Part shown: one piece after another, positions 1 through 12,630 of the stretch | How positions within the stretch are numbered: position 1 is the stretch's first letter | How the letters are laid out: each line of letters opens with the position of its first letter | From: Phoronis australis | Taxonomy: Eukaryota > Animalia > Phoronida | Length of the DNA: 64,000 nucleotides | Direction of reading: 5' to 3' | Assembly: GCA_002633005.1 (NCBI GenBank) | Contig: NMRA01000426.1 | Location: 333,254 to 397,253 of the forward strand | Translations under genes and position numbers: made by a program | The notes under the pieces: model-generated | What the model was told of the DNA's origin: nothing | Database searches by the model: none | What the model saw: only the letters and a program-made list of their open reading frames with translations

Positions 1-1354
1 CTCTCGTGTAGAAAACTGTAAAATTTACAATTTCCTTGCTGTCGACTTACAACGCTTACGCTAAGCTGCTTAGCCATAAATGAAATGCCTTGTGGGGACC
101 ACAGGCTATTCACTACTGCTTGGAGACGCACTCCTCGCGCTGCATGGAACACGTGGATTCCTTAAGAAGCTGCATCGAGATTTTGGGAAAACTAAGAATC
201 ATTTTAAGAATGCCACTTGCAAGCAATTCACCTTTCTCGTTGATCTTGCATTGACAAACGCCCTGAGCCCGGGTATAGTCTTTGAATCGAAACCGAAATC
301 GTTTTCGTTTTCCTTTAATACGATCTCAAGACCATTACCTGGAGTTCATACGTTAATCATTCCAAATTTGCATTTGGTGACTCAAACATTAAAGTTACTA
401 ACTCGAGTGAAATCTCGAGACTTCGAATAAAATCTCGAGAAATTATAAATTTCATGCTGAGCTAATCTAGTGCAAAATAGGTTTACACAGTCATTCATGT
501 TAGCCACAATATTTACCAGTACGGAATAATGGGTATTTATATTGAATTTGGGCTAAACAGAATGGGGAAGGTTAACAGTGATTCCGAGGACGACTTCGAG
601 TAAAAAGGCAAGACCTCGGGACCTGGTCTTTCTCAGATAGAGACAAGACTTGAGAAGACCTAATTCTTTTTGTCCAAAAATACGAGCCCCGTATCCATTC
701 AAAAACCTGCCATCTTCCTTACTCTCAACAGGTGTCAACACCTGTTTTATCACTTTTTGGCTTTCATCCAGATGAATAGAACTTCTAGCTACAGGGTCAC
801 ATACTAGTGGTAGATACGCGCCCCGTTTAAGTGGCGAAAACTGGTCCGGCACCTTTAGATGTTTTAGCGCTGCAGCCTCCTTTTTGTTGAAAGTGTTTCT
901 TGAGTCTTCTTCCTGATTTGACGAGGCTACATCAGCTGGAAAACGGGTTATCGTTATCCTCTTGTGTTTGAAGTGCAATATTTTTGTTTAACCTTTTAAA
1001 ATCCCCTGGCGAAACTTGTTTGATTTTGTTGTCCCCCCCTCTCTCTTTCTCTTTCTCTATCAGTCACGTGGTGTCGTTTTCTTTCTCGACCCTTAAGTGT
1101 TTTGGTCACAGAAAGTCAATGATTAACTTTCAGAAATAATCCCAGAGTTGAGATGACGCTTTGGTTATTGTAAATGAAACTGTAAGATAGTGAACACTGT
1201 CATTCATCAGCACATCAAATGACACAACAGTATGACAATGTCTGGTGATGGGTTTAGCCCTTCATCCCGGCTCGCATCAGTACGACTACAATAACTGTAC
1301 AATGAACTAAACTAGAGTCCACTCCGTTTGTTAGTCAATTCAGAAGACACGGAA

Positions 1355-1735
1355 ACTACCAACTCCATCAAGTCTACCTTCAAATCTAACAATGAGGTGG
1401 GTTAATAGTTTGAATAACACTTACTACCAAACTAGTGATGAAAGTATTCGTTTATTCCAAGTTATAACATTTCAACTACCAACTCCATCAAGTCTACCTT
1501 CAAATCTAACAATGAGGTGGGTTAATAGTTTGAACAACACTTACTACCAAACTAGTGATGAAAGTATTCGTTTATTCCAAGTTATAACTAGTGATGAAAG
1601 TATTCGTTTATTCCAAGTTATAACTAGTGATGAAAGTATTCGTTTATTCCAAGTTATAACTAGTGATGAAAGTATTCGTTTATTCCAAGTTATAACTAGT
1701 GATGAAAGTATTCGTTTATTCCAAGTTATAACATT
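1355..1735. repeat. 120-bp duplication followed by a 36-bp tandem array
   Basis: Unit actagtgatgaaagtattcgtttattccaagttata. Confidence 0.95.
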
Positions 1736-3288
1736 TCAATTTCCATTCTTTCTTTTATTGCTACCCATTATTTGTTAAAAGCGAATTTAGTATTTTACGA
1801 AAATTGGCTGCTAGAATTTTAAATTAACTTTTCCAGTCTGAAATGTCGAGGACGGAAAGCTCCTATTTGGTCCATTCCTTAGGAATACATTGATTAACGG
1901 GCCTTCATGGACCATTTTTTGCTTGGCATATGTTCTGTGTATCTCAATAGCATGTAAGATTACAATGAAATAAATTTTATATGACTAGAAAGGGAGTGGA
2001 GACGTAAAATTTTCACATTTTTCTGAAAACATTTGTTAGTAAACATGAAAAAATACGACAAGTATTAATACATGAAATTCAGTCCAATTTCCAAATGTCT
2101 CAAGCATTAGATTTCGTACATGACAAATTTTATAGCTGCCCTGTTTTAGAAAAAAAAAATGAAGGCCCAAATTCCGTGATTTGACCCAAACCTTACTTTA
2201 AATGGCTCAGTCTCTTTTGTGTCGCACTTTTGAACAAAATATCTCGCCTCTTTCAGATTATCTTTACCATCTGTTAATGATTTCGGCATCGAAAGCGCGT
2301 GCAAATGAAGATCTTGAATGTCACGGATTTCCTACCTCCAAGACATACTTTCCAAGACAAGTTTTGAGCGTAAAAAGAGAGCGTCTTAGAGTCTCTCAAT
2401 ATTCCTGAAGAACAACTTCTTGGTATGAAGAGGTGGGTGAGTATTGCAAATCGTTTACGTTCGTTTCTGTCTGCTGGCGATGCTCAATGAGCACTCATCC
2501 CCCATTTCTTTGTACACCACTCTATGGAGTCTCTCACTATCCGTGCAAGGGTGAAGTTATTCGTAGTAATGTTTAAGCGTCTAGAAAGAGTGTCTAAGAG
2601 ATGCTCTCAATTCCCGACGAACAACGTCCTGATGAGAAAAAATGAAGAATTTACTAATCGCTAACGCTAATCTAACGTCAATACTACGCGTTTTAACGAG
2701 CCTTCTTCACACTTTAAGGCGATATCAAAACATTTTTTGAAGTAAAAGAAGAAAGAGTCTCCGTGTCTTCATAGAGCGCGGATGAATGTTGTGTATTACA
2801 CGGCATGATTTTCGTGACATGCCGAGAGGTTTACTATCCTACTCACCTTTCGCTTCATAAACAAGGTGATGTCACGGTAAGGTAGCCTGTGTCTAGATAA
2901 GAAACAGCCGATTCAGAGAACCAGTAGACATTTAACAGTCTGGCTGGCGCGTCACTCTGTCTTACTTTGACTTCAGGTTCACCTGCATGTTTTTTTAATC
3001 AACATTAAAACAACTGGTGATTGGTTACCATGGAAACACTTCCGATGAATCTCCCATATTATGCTTTCAAAGCCATTATTCAAAAAACTCGGCTAGCGAT
3101 TTATTATCGGTATCATATCCTTAATGACTTACCGTTTGAAATATTCATAACAGTTTTGTCACTTTCAGCAACGCAATGAAACGTTCCACTGACGCTGTTT
3201 TAGAACGTATAATTCTATGAGTGCATTTTGCCATATACCTTATTTTTTGCAGTTTTGCAAATTTTTGACGTTTCTCTAAAACGTTCTT

Positions 3289-3572
3289 GGGTCCGTTCCA
3301 AGAAACTGAGTTTAGTTAATGTTTTACTTTAGTCTAAGATTGTCTCAGCTTTCAAACTTCCAAATCCGGTAATTCAAATCTCAATTTTAGGTCAAAGATA
3401 AAACTTAAATTTGTTTCATGTCCGCTCGAAGAAAGATATCTTGAATTTGACTTAAGTTTTTGATTTAAGTTTTATTTTAATTTTGAATTACCGGATTTGG
3501 AAGTTTGAAAGCTGAGACAATCTTAGACTAAAGTAAAACATTAACTAAACTCAGTTTCTTGGAACGGGACCC
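3289..3572. mobile_element. MITE with ~90-bp near-perfect TIRs (PIF/Harbinger-like GGG...CCC ends)
   Basis: gggtccgttccaagaaactgag...taattcaaa is mirrored by tttgaatta...cttggaacgggaccc. Possible TTG TSD. Confidence 0.85.
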
Positions 3573-4004
3573 TTGCCTGCACCTTTTACAAGTTGGTTCT
3601 TAATTCTAAGGGAAATAGAAATACAAAAAGTACAACACAGTTAGTTGCAAATCACATTATTGCTAAGGTTGGTATCATTTTGTTTTGTCATTCTAGTAAA
3701 AGCATCAAGAATATTAATGATAATGACAACGAAAGTGATTTGAACCGATTTCTGAACTTGAGAACAACTAGCAAATCGATTGAACTCGATACTTGAAGTT
3801 AAAATTAGGTGTTTTAGTAACGGGGGTGTCAGCCAATTGATTGTTTGGTTTTTACTTTAAATGTCATAGGAGATGCTAGTAAACAAATATCAGCTTAATA
3901 TACAGTTTGAAGGTTTAGCAAAGGGGCTAGCTATAAATATGAAAGTTAAACCCTTTCTTCTAGTGTTGAAGGCAGTTTATCTGACATATAGGCGCATTAA
4001 ATTG

Positions 4005-4455
4005 GGTGTTGTAAATTGAATAGATGGCAGGGAATTCATTTGACAGACAAATTCGGCAATGTAAATTAAATAGATGGCAGGGTATTCGTTTGACAGACAA
4101 ATTAGCAATGTAAATTGAATAGATGGCAGGGTACACATTTGACATAGAAAATTGGCAATGTAAATTGAATAGATGGCAGGGAATTCATTTGACAGACAAA
4201 ATTGACAATGTAAATTAAATAGATGGCAGGGTATACATTTGACAGACAAATTAGCAATGTAAATTGAATAGATGGCAGGGAATTCATTTGACAGACAAAA
4301 CTGACAATGTAAACTGAATAGAGGTTAAGGTAATCAACTGACAGAAGCTTGGCAATGTACATTGAATAGATGATAGGGTATTCATTTGGCAGACACACTT
4401 TACCATGTAAACTGAATAGATGATAAGGTATTCATTTGACAGAAAACTTGGCAAT
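4005..4455. repeat. ~49-bp minisatellite
   Basis: Unit gcaatgtaaattgaatagatggcagggaattcatttgacagacaaa.. Confidence 0.95.
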
Positions 4456-4881
4456 AAACAAAGGAAACTAATATACCGCGATGCAAACTATTACTTCTGC
4501 CTAATTTTAGAAAGCATGCGCTCCACGTTCCACCAGGAAGTGAAACCTAAAAATCCATCTCAGATGGAAATGTAATCGTAATTCCGATGAAACAAACGTT
4601 ACCAATGACGAACGAGGTCATAAGCAGAACATCAACTGGAATGGTGTCTCAAATAGTCTCCAGAGATTGAACGAGAGTTTGTGTACCTAACAAGTACGAT
4701 TTCAGTGTTACGCAACATGTTATAGATATCACTTCAAATGAACACAAATTATGCAGCATCGGCATCTGCATTCTTGTAATGAGTTAAAGTTCAATGATGT
4801 TGGATAATAGTGTGTTACTTCATCCACAACATAATATTAATAACTTTAAATTTGCGATGGCGCTTTACTGTCGCCACCATA

Positions 4882-5111
4882 CGGGGCTTTCATGAAGCTT
4901 AAGTCAGAAATTTCGTTTCACGTCTCATAATATGATTTCAGTAACATTATTCACAGTGCAAAAAAGTCACTGAGAAAAAATTGTTACATGATTACATAAT
5001 TTAGATACGTTTCTGCTAAACTGTGATACTGATAACTTTATTTCAGAAACTGCGAAGCGGGGGCCCCAGACCAACTTTCTGACTTCAGCCATTGTTCATG
5101 AAACTGGCCTC
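4882..5111. mobile_element. Older MITE with degenerate TIRs
   Basis: ggggctttcatgaagc..agtcagaaa versus tttctgactt..ttcatgaaactggcctc. Confidence 0.45.
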
Positions 5112-5556
5112 AGAGAGATATCCGACAAGACCTCGCTAAACTCATAAGTGACAAGTCTTCTTTCTTCAATGTTTGACTTACACATCACTAAACGAGTGAG
5201 TGTGTTGAAGTAGGTTTGTAATTAGCTACCTAACACGCTTGACTTCAGCCTATAAACGATATCATTTTTATAATAAATCATTAATAACCGGGCTACGTGC
5301 CACGTACCGCCATCCCTAAAAAATGATATCAAGCATGCATGATGACAGCGTGCGCCTTCGTAAGAAACTAAGAAAGTTTGTAAAACAATTTAAACGGTGC
5401 TGGTTTTAATCTTAATCGTATGTTCTTATCAGACTTCATCGCTCCACCTTCTTTCCAGTGTGTGCGTAGTGGTAGTGGTCGCTGTAATGGTGGGCCGTGG
5501 TAATATCTATGGCAATAGTAGTGGCAGTGGTCGCTATAACGGTTATGGTCGTGGTA

Positions 5557-5771
5557 CATAGGCGGATTTAGGGGGGCAGGGGGCCCGGGCCCCACCTTGG
5601 CTGGCGTTCCGTTTTTTACTTTTTTAGTCCACTGGTAGATTTCCTAGACATAAGGTTCACATGCTCGGCCTGGCATCTTTCGGGCCATGCGCTGCATATA
5701 CAATCGCGCTTTGTCCTCTTCCCCGAGACAACGTGTTGGCCCCCCCTTATAGTATCCTAGATCCGCCACTG
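5557..5771. mobile_element. 215-bp MITE with the same termini as 61225-62264, 5-bp TSD
   Basis: Starts CATAGGCGGATTTAGG, ends CCTAGATCCGCCACTG, TSD TGGTA. It interrupts a GTG/GTA-rich repeat. Confidence 0.88.
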
Positions 5772-6769
5772 TGGTAATATTTACGGCAACAGTAGTGGTA
5801 GTGGTCGCTGTAATGGTTATGGTCGTGGTAATATTTACGGCAATAGTAGTGGTAGTGGTTGCTGTAATGGTTATGGTCATGGTAATATTTCCGGCAATAG
5901 TAGTGGTAGCTGTAGCTCCCTTCGCAGCTCCCTCATATGGTAAGAGTGGTGCTGCAATTTCAACGCCATGACACCAGGAATTTTTGTTGTGGAAGCCACT
6001 GCTCTTGGGCGAGTTCAACATCAGTTGCCAGCAACGACCATGGGATCTTGAATGTTTGTGCCGAAAGGAGAATGCCACACTTGCCAAACAGCATTTCTGC
6101 TGCACCAGGCCTGCGTTGAATGGACAAATTACAATATGCAATGTGTTCCGATTGGACTTCAGTGGGGGGGGGTGTATTTTCAAAAGTAAACTTTTGTTAT
6201 CGCATGCGAGGCCAGGGGTAAAACACTTTGACTCACCCGTTTAGAATTTTAGGAACAGCTCTCTTGTTGTGCATTCTATCTCAGTTTGTCTCACCTTTAC
6301 TTATTTTGATATTCCTCGATCTCCATCTCGATTTCTTTTCTTGTTTCATTCATGTGACGAGATGTTGTTGAGTTTCAGGATTATTTTTAGACCATTTCCG
6401 GTTTCCCCAAAACTGATCAGTCAAAATGCGCATGCCGTGTGACGTTTGTATTGAGCTAATGTTCCGAGACAGCGGAAAATTTGACAATGATACTGTAGTA
6501 GTGTGAGTCTCGAGCGTTACCTAAGAACCATTGCAGCCGAAAACCTACGTGTTAAGATGAACCTCAAGCGAAAGATAGCTGAGGTGACGGCTCAAGTAAG
6601 GGCATGTGAATACAAGATTAGTACGAACTAAGAGCTAGTCCATTTGATTGTTGTCGCCTTCACTTGACGTGAGCTGTCAGCTATCGTTCACTTCAGGCAG
6701 ACAGCAGAGCTCGTAGCTTTTCTTCTGCGCTGGCACTTAGAACACAAGTTTCCGTCGTGATAATGGTCG

Positions 6770-7265
6770 TGTTGGTGGTAGTCTCCATCATAATGGAATT
6801 GGTAGAGGTAGTTACAGAGCTAGTGGTCGTGGTAATGGTTGTGTTAGTGGTAGTCTGTCATAATGGAATTGGTAGAGGTAGTTACAGAGCTAGTGGTCGT
6901 GGTAATGGTTGTGTTGGTGGTAGTCTGTCATAATGGAATTGGAAGAGGTAGTTACAGAGCTAGTGGTCGTGGTAATGGTCGTGTTGGTGGTTGTCATAAT
7001 GGAATTGGTAGAGGTAGTTACAGAGCTAGTGGTCGTGGTCGTGGTAATGGTTGTGTTGGGGGTAGTCTGTCATAATGGAATTGGTAGAGGTAGTTACAGA
7101 GATAGTGGTCATGGTAATGGTTGTGTTGGTGGTAGTCTGTCATAATGGAATTGGTAGAGGTAGTTACAGAGCTAGTGGTCGTGGTAATGGTAATGGTCGT
7201 GTTGGTGGTAGTCTTCATCATAATGGAATTGGTAGAGGTAGTTACAAGAATAATAGTCGTGGTAT
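6770..7265. repeat. ~70-bp GT-rich minisatellite
   Basis: Unit cataatggaattggtagaggtagttacagagctagtggtcgtggtaatgg... Confidence 0.95.
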
Positions 7266-7794
7266 GACTATTGGTTTGTGGTTTAATAATTTCTTATGTC
7301 AGGGAATGTTTGTGCGCGTGTGTGTACGTGTCTGTGTAGTGTGTTTGTGTGAAAAGCACTTGAACAGAATATGCTGATTTCAAAGTTTGGCTTTTTGACT
7401 CTAATCCCATGCTGTGACGGTCGTCGACCAGGAAGTCAGATAACTGGTTTGGGTGAAAAGGAGTTCATTCTCCACGAACTATGATGTGAGGACAAAATAA
7501 TTGTCAGTGGCTGTTCTTGTAATGGTAAGCGATTAATTCAATCTGTTCCGCGTGGAATAGTTTATTGATTTTGCTTCCCATAAAACTGAGTCTGAATAGA
7601 CAAGCATGGACAAACAACAGCTTATAAACCCTCACTATCCATGTTCGAATACAGCAAGCGTTTTAAATGGCATGTAACGTACAGTTAGTTGATGAATTCA
7701 CACATTTCTTTTGTTTTTCGTTGATGCTAAGGATGACCAGCTTAGCAACATTCAACTTTCCCTTTCGAATGTCAGATATTTACAATGATACATA

Positions 7795-8064
7795 ACGCGG
7801 AGTTGTCGTGAGGACTCGATTGGGACCTCAGGGGTCTCACGCTCCACCGGCTAATTTGAAAAGGCTTTGTCCAATCACGGCGAAAATACAAACGCGCGAG
7901 TCATATTTCTTCAGGCAGCCCTTAGCGGCTTCACGGGCAATAAAATGTAATCGACCGAATAGATTCGTCGACCACAGATCTACCCTGTGGTTTTTCCGCG
8001 TGATCCCAGACCGCCCCGAGTTGCTCCAGCAGCCAACTCGGGGCGGTCTCTCACGAGGGTTTAG
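7795..8064 (+). mobile_element. Hairpin-ended dispersed repeat family B (Helitron/HINE-like end)
   Basis: Perfect 16-bp GC-rich stem (8008-8023 / 8034-8049) ending 11 nt before TTAG. Homologous copy at about 56258-56490. Confidence 0.65.
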
Positions 8065-8139
8065 CGTTATGAACAACAACACTATCAACAACAACAACAA
8101 CAACACAACAAGAAAAAAAATCCAAAATTAAGTACTTAC

Positions 8140-8269
8140 TGCTTTAATACCAATCTCAACCGATGCTTTCTGCACCCCGTTGTCCATGGTAACCACTGCT
8201 TGAGTGGACACATAGTCCTGACCTGACACTGCCTGCTGATTGGTTGGTAGAGAGGTGTCACGGGCAGTC
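8140..8269 (-). CDS. ADGRV1: Calx-beta exon of an ADGRV1-like gene
   Basis: tttcgtag|G TARDTSLPTNQQAVSGQDYVSTQAVVTMDNGVQKASVEIGIKA|GTAAGT. A..G.DY motif; the phase-2 junction matches the preceding exon (GT|G = Val). Confidence 0.75.
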
Positions 8270-8995
8270 CTACGAAACAGTGAAACCAGAGTCAAGTTTT
8301 GCTCAGGAAACAGTGCCAAAGCTAACAACGTGATATCTTGTTATTACCGTTTCTATAGAAAAATGAGTCTGATTAATAAGTTCTAAGAAAATGTTAAAAT
8401 TTCATTATAATACCGCAGTCTTGTAGCTATTACCCTTCTAGGTATAAATCCATCCCCAAGTCCGTTCATTATTTCCCTCATGTACAATTTTCAGAATAAA
8501 CTACTAGTGAAACTTGACAAAACTCAGAGACTGAAAAACTTGGACAATTTTTGCCAGAATTATTTGGCAGTGTAGTCTAACTTTTTGTAACAATAAAATG
8601 GCATTGTTGTCGAATTTCAATCAGAGTTTAACGTGACATCATTGCACTTACTCTCTAACTGTTTACCTGTGAATGGGCTTGCGAGGCAACTTGTAATTTC
8701 AGCAAAATGCGTGGAGCAACACATTTTAAGATTTTCTCGAGATTGAGCCCAAATTGTAAAGCGTTCTTGCCGAAAGGAAAATACATTCAGTCACAGATTT
8801 GCACATCAAAACTTCATCAAATTTCTTGCTTGTTCAGTCATGTCAACCCACGCAGATTTAAACTCACGCCAATTAAGGACCTCTGAACATAATGTTAAAG
8901 TCAGTTCATTTTTGACAAGTACTTGAGCTCAGGAATATTTAATCAAAATATTTAAAATTATTTCTTGACCAAGCATACTCCACCACCCCACTCAC

Positions 8996-9167
8996 ACATA
9001 AGTGATTTCAATCTTTCCCTGAGTTCCCTGTTCCCTCACTAGGTGGAGCATCACAGTTGTGTCTGATCCCTCTGGTTCAGTTGTAGTCACAGTGGTACGC
9101 TCCCAGGACACTACACCATGGGGAGAATCGTTGGCTAGCACGGTCAACCTGGCAGTGTCGCGCTGAC
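8996..9167 (-). CDS. ADGRV1: Calx-beta exon of an ADGRV1 (VLGR1/GPR98)-like gene
   Basis: gacccag|GQRDTARLTVLANDSPHGVVSWE...LVREQGTQGKIEITYV|GTGAGT. The T(V/I)xAND.P.GV and R..G..G...V.Y motifs are typical of ADGRV1 Calx-beta repeats. Confidence 0.75.
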
Positions 9168-9328
9168 CTGGGTCAAAACAAGAGGTCAAAGTTCAAACTA
9201 TAGCAAAGGCCTGGGTTGAATTTTCAAAATTTCAGTGCGACACATCGAGAAGACAAGTCTTTACATTGCAACAGTCTTCAGGTTGCACAGAAAGGTGGTA
9301 TTAACTCTAATTAGTAATTAGTAATTAG

Positions 9329-9700
9329 NNNNNNNNNNNNNNNNNNNNNNNNNNNNNNNNNNNNNNNNNNNNNNNNNNNNNNNNNNNNNNNNNNNNNNNN
9401 NNNNNNNNNNNNNNNNNNNNNNNNNNNNNNNNNNNNNNNNNNNNNNNNNNNNNNNNNNNNNNNNNNNNNNNNNNNNNNNNNNNNNNNNNNNNNNNNNNNN
9501 NNNNNNNNNNNNNNNNNNNNNNNNNNNNNNNNNNNNNNNNNNNNNNNNNNNNNNNNNNNNNNNNNNNNNNNNNNNNNNNNNNNNNNNNNNNNNNNNNNNN
9601 NNNNNNNNNNNNNNNNNNNNNNNNNNNNNNNNNNNNNNNNNNNNNNNNNNNNNNNNNNNNNNNNNNNNNNNNNNNNNNNNNNNNNNNNNNNNNNNNNNNN
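9329..9700. other. Assembly gap
   Basis: Run of N. Confidence 1.
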
Positions 9701-10432
9701 TAGTCTATCTAACTGTATGTATGCGCCGTACTAATGGATAGTCTACCTAACTGTGTGTATGCACCGTACTAATGGATAGTCTATCTGACTGCTTGTATGT
9801 GCCGTACTAATGGATAGTCTAACTGTGTGTATGCACCGTACTAATGGATAGTCTATCTAACTGTGTGTATGCGCCGTACTAATGGATAGTCTAACTAACT
9901 GTGTGTATGCGCGTACTAATGGATAGTCTATCTAACTGTGTGTATGCACCGTACTAATAGATAGACTATCTAACTGTGTGTATGCACCGTACTAATAGAT
10001 AGTCTATCTAACTGTGTGTATGCACCGTACTAATGGATAGTCTATCTGACTGCATGTATGCGCCGTACTAATGGATAGTCTACATAACTGTATGCATGCA
10101 CCGTACTAATGGATAGTCTATCTAACTGTATGTATGCACTGTACTAATGGATAGTCTATCTAACTGCTTATATGCACCGTACTAATGGATAGTCTATCTA
10201 ACTGTATGTATGCGCCATATTAATGGATAGTCTATCTAACTGTATGTATGCGCTGTACTAATGGATAGTCTATCTAACTGCTTGTATGCGCAGTAGTAAT
10301 GGATAGTCTATATAACTGCATGTATGCACCGTACTAATGGATAGTCTATCTAATTGTATGTATGCACCGTACTAATGGATAGTCTATCTAACTGTATGCA
10401 TGCGCCGCAGGCTACTAATGGATAGTCCATCT
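9701..10432. repeat. 38-bp minisatellite abutting the gap
   Basis: Unit actaatggatagtctatctaactgtgtgtatgcaccgt. Confidence 0.95.
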
Positions 10433-12514
10433 AGCTGCCTAGAAGTTCCGCAAAGTGGCGACCATAGCGATGTTAGATTCGGCCTGGACGACAGTAGCGT
10501 CCTAACGTACGACGACAATCTTGTAGTGAAGCGATTGAATTTTAAACATGCGAAATGCTCGATTATTTTTGTCTCGACATTGATCCTATCCATTAGGATA
10601 CCCACATTTTTAAAGGCTCAGCAAAATGAAACTACACTCTGCAGATGAGAAGGCACAAAATACTATCTATTTGATGACATCTTCAATGTTAAGTCACCTT
10701 TTACTCTAGGGTTTTCTGTTCTCATTACACATAGGTTTTTTTAATTTTAAGCTCTTCAAAATGTTGATTCATTCACTTAAAGAAGTTATAATGTAAAAAT
10801 ACATTCTTTTGTAGAGTTCTAGCTTGGGGATTCAATCAGAAAATGTGGAGAATCTGGCAGTGAAAAGTCATTCATTTAAGGGACGCGTCCCGCATATGAC
10901 ACCTGTGTAAGTATTCCCGAAATTTGAGTTCTTAAAACGTGATGAGAAGTTACGTCATCGCGGTTGCTTGTCAGACGACTTGTATGAAGAGTGAAATTGT
11001 AGTCTGTTGATGACTAGAGTCAGATGTATAAAGAGTGGACATGTCGTTTGCTGATGAAAACTTTAATCAAAGACCATACAACGTTTTCGAAATGAGAACG
11101 TAAAGAAGTTTGAATGAATAGCTATGCTGGTTATCAAAATGGAGACTTCATTCTTTACACATTCAGTTGTATGCATATAATGACTGTTTTAGGCTAGATT
11201 TTCACTGTGAGTAAAGTGACCTAAATTCAAGCTCAACCTAGGGCTCAGATTATAGCTAATTTCCCCCCCCCCGCGCTTTAGGCTACCGCAGATGCGCTGG
11301 AACTTCAGTTGTTTGAGTTAAGTGAAAAAAAGAAAACCCAAATCACGTTCGGTGATCTCAAGTGATTTTTTGACAAATAGAACAACTAAAAACATGGTAG
11401 CAGCGCATCAATATTCAAAGCAAGGCCTGAGCCAACTATGCTGGATGACCTTGACCTTTATCGGCCACCTTTGTTCAACTATGCACATCTTAAAAGATGT
11501 GCATAGTTGAACAAAAATACACGAATGTTATTTCATACACTGGCATTTCAATCATCGTTCTGAGCAATAGTTTCTGAAATACTTCGATTTATAATATGGG
11601 TGTATTTCCCTTTGCTTTTGTTTTTGTTTTCGCAAAAATCTTTGACCGTAGACCCGATTTTTTAATAACGTGACTCTCGGCTACTTTTTACTCGCAAGTC
11701 CATTCTACACGGCACGAAATGCTGCGTAAGTTCTCCGTCATGATATCGAGACACAGCGTACTGTGGTAGTGGTCACTCCATACATGTAGGTTATAGGGTG
11801 TTCAAGGCGGATTTGGCTATTTTGGAAAGCGAGTTTTATACTCTATTTGAGATCATTCGAAGTTTTTTTATTTCTAGGAAGACAACAAAACACTGAAAAC
11901 ATTTTTAAGTTTTCAAAATAACTATAGGTAGGCGTATGCGCTTAAAATTAATCAAAATCATCCATGATCAAGCTATTTCTAGGAAAAGAATGCACAGCAA
12001 GACTGGAAGGCGATCAAGCTCGACTAGACTGGACAGGTTACTCTTCCACTGTGTTTCAGCTGTTCGTCCTATTTCTCCCACACACGTGCAGCAGATTTGC
12101 TTTCGCAGATTTTTCTACGCCAACTTTGATTGACACCACGGCCGACCTCCATGGCTATTTTCCAGTCCACAACACATAGAGCCTCGATTTCAATTGCCTT
12201 TTTACAGTTAATATATTTATTCCCTCAGAAATCAGATTACTAGTAAATCTGGCTGAGGTGGGTGCCTCCAGCTGCACATTCTTACAATACAAATAACAAT
12301 ACATCAAACAGAGCTAATAAGTATTTTGAGAAGGCATAAAATAAACATGAGATCATTATAAAAGAAGTATAGAGGAAGAGAGGATGGGAAGAGAAGGACT
12401 TTCATACACTCATTCGCACATATTCACTGTTATTGAAATAATTTAATTTATCGTTACATTCACATAGACTTCACGTCAATGTTATTCCAGTAAGATGAAT
12501 ATGTTATTAAAAAT

Positions 12515-12630
12515 ACCGTCACTCGTATGAAAAGGATGCATTGTTTTAGTCATACCATCACTCGTATGAAAAGGATGCATTGTTTTAGTCATACCATCAC
12601 TCGTATGAAAAGGATGCATTGTTTTAGTCA
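12515..12630. repeat. 39-bp repeat, three copies
   Basis: Unit accatcactcgtatgaaaaggatgcattgttttagtcat. Confidence 0.9.

Noticed and set aside
1392-1778. ORF with TSDESIRLFQVI repeats
   Set aside because: By-product of a 36-bp tandem repeat; no splice or homology support.
2847-2982. Exon-like segment with a strong minus-strand donor (GTGAGT)
   Set aside because: All three frames from the obvious acceptor contain stops and there is no Calx-beta similarity.
5644-7377. Thr-rich or Val-rich ORFs resembling mucin or membrane proteins
   Set aside because: They come from GTG/GTA minisatellites and read through a MITE.
11990-12290. Possible Death-domain-like pseudo-exon (DWKIAMEVG)
   Set aside because: In-frame stops, and similarity too weak to support.
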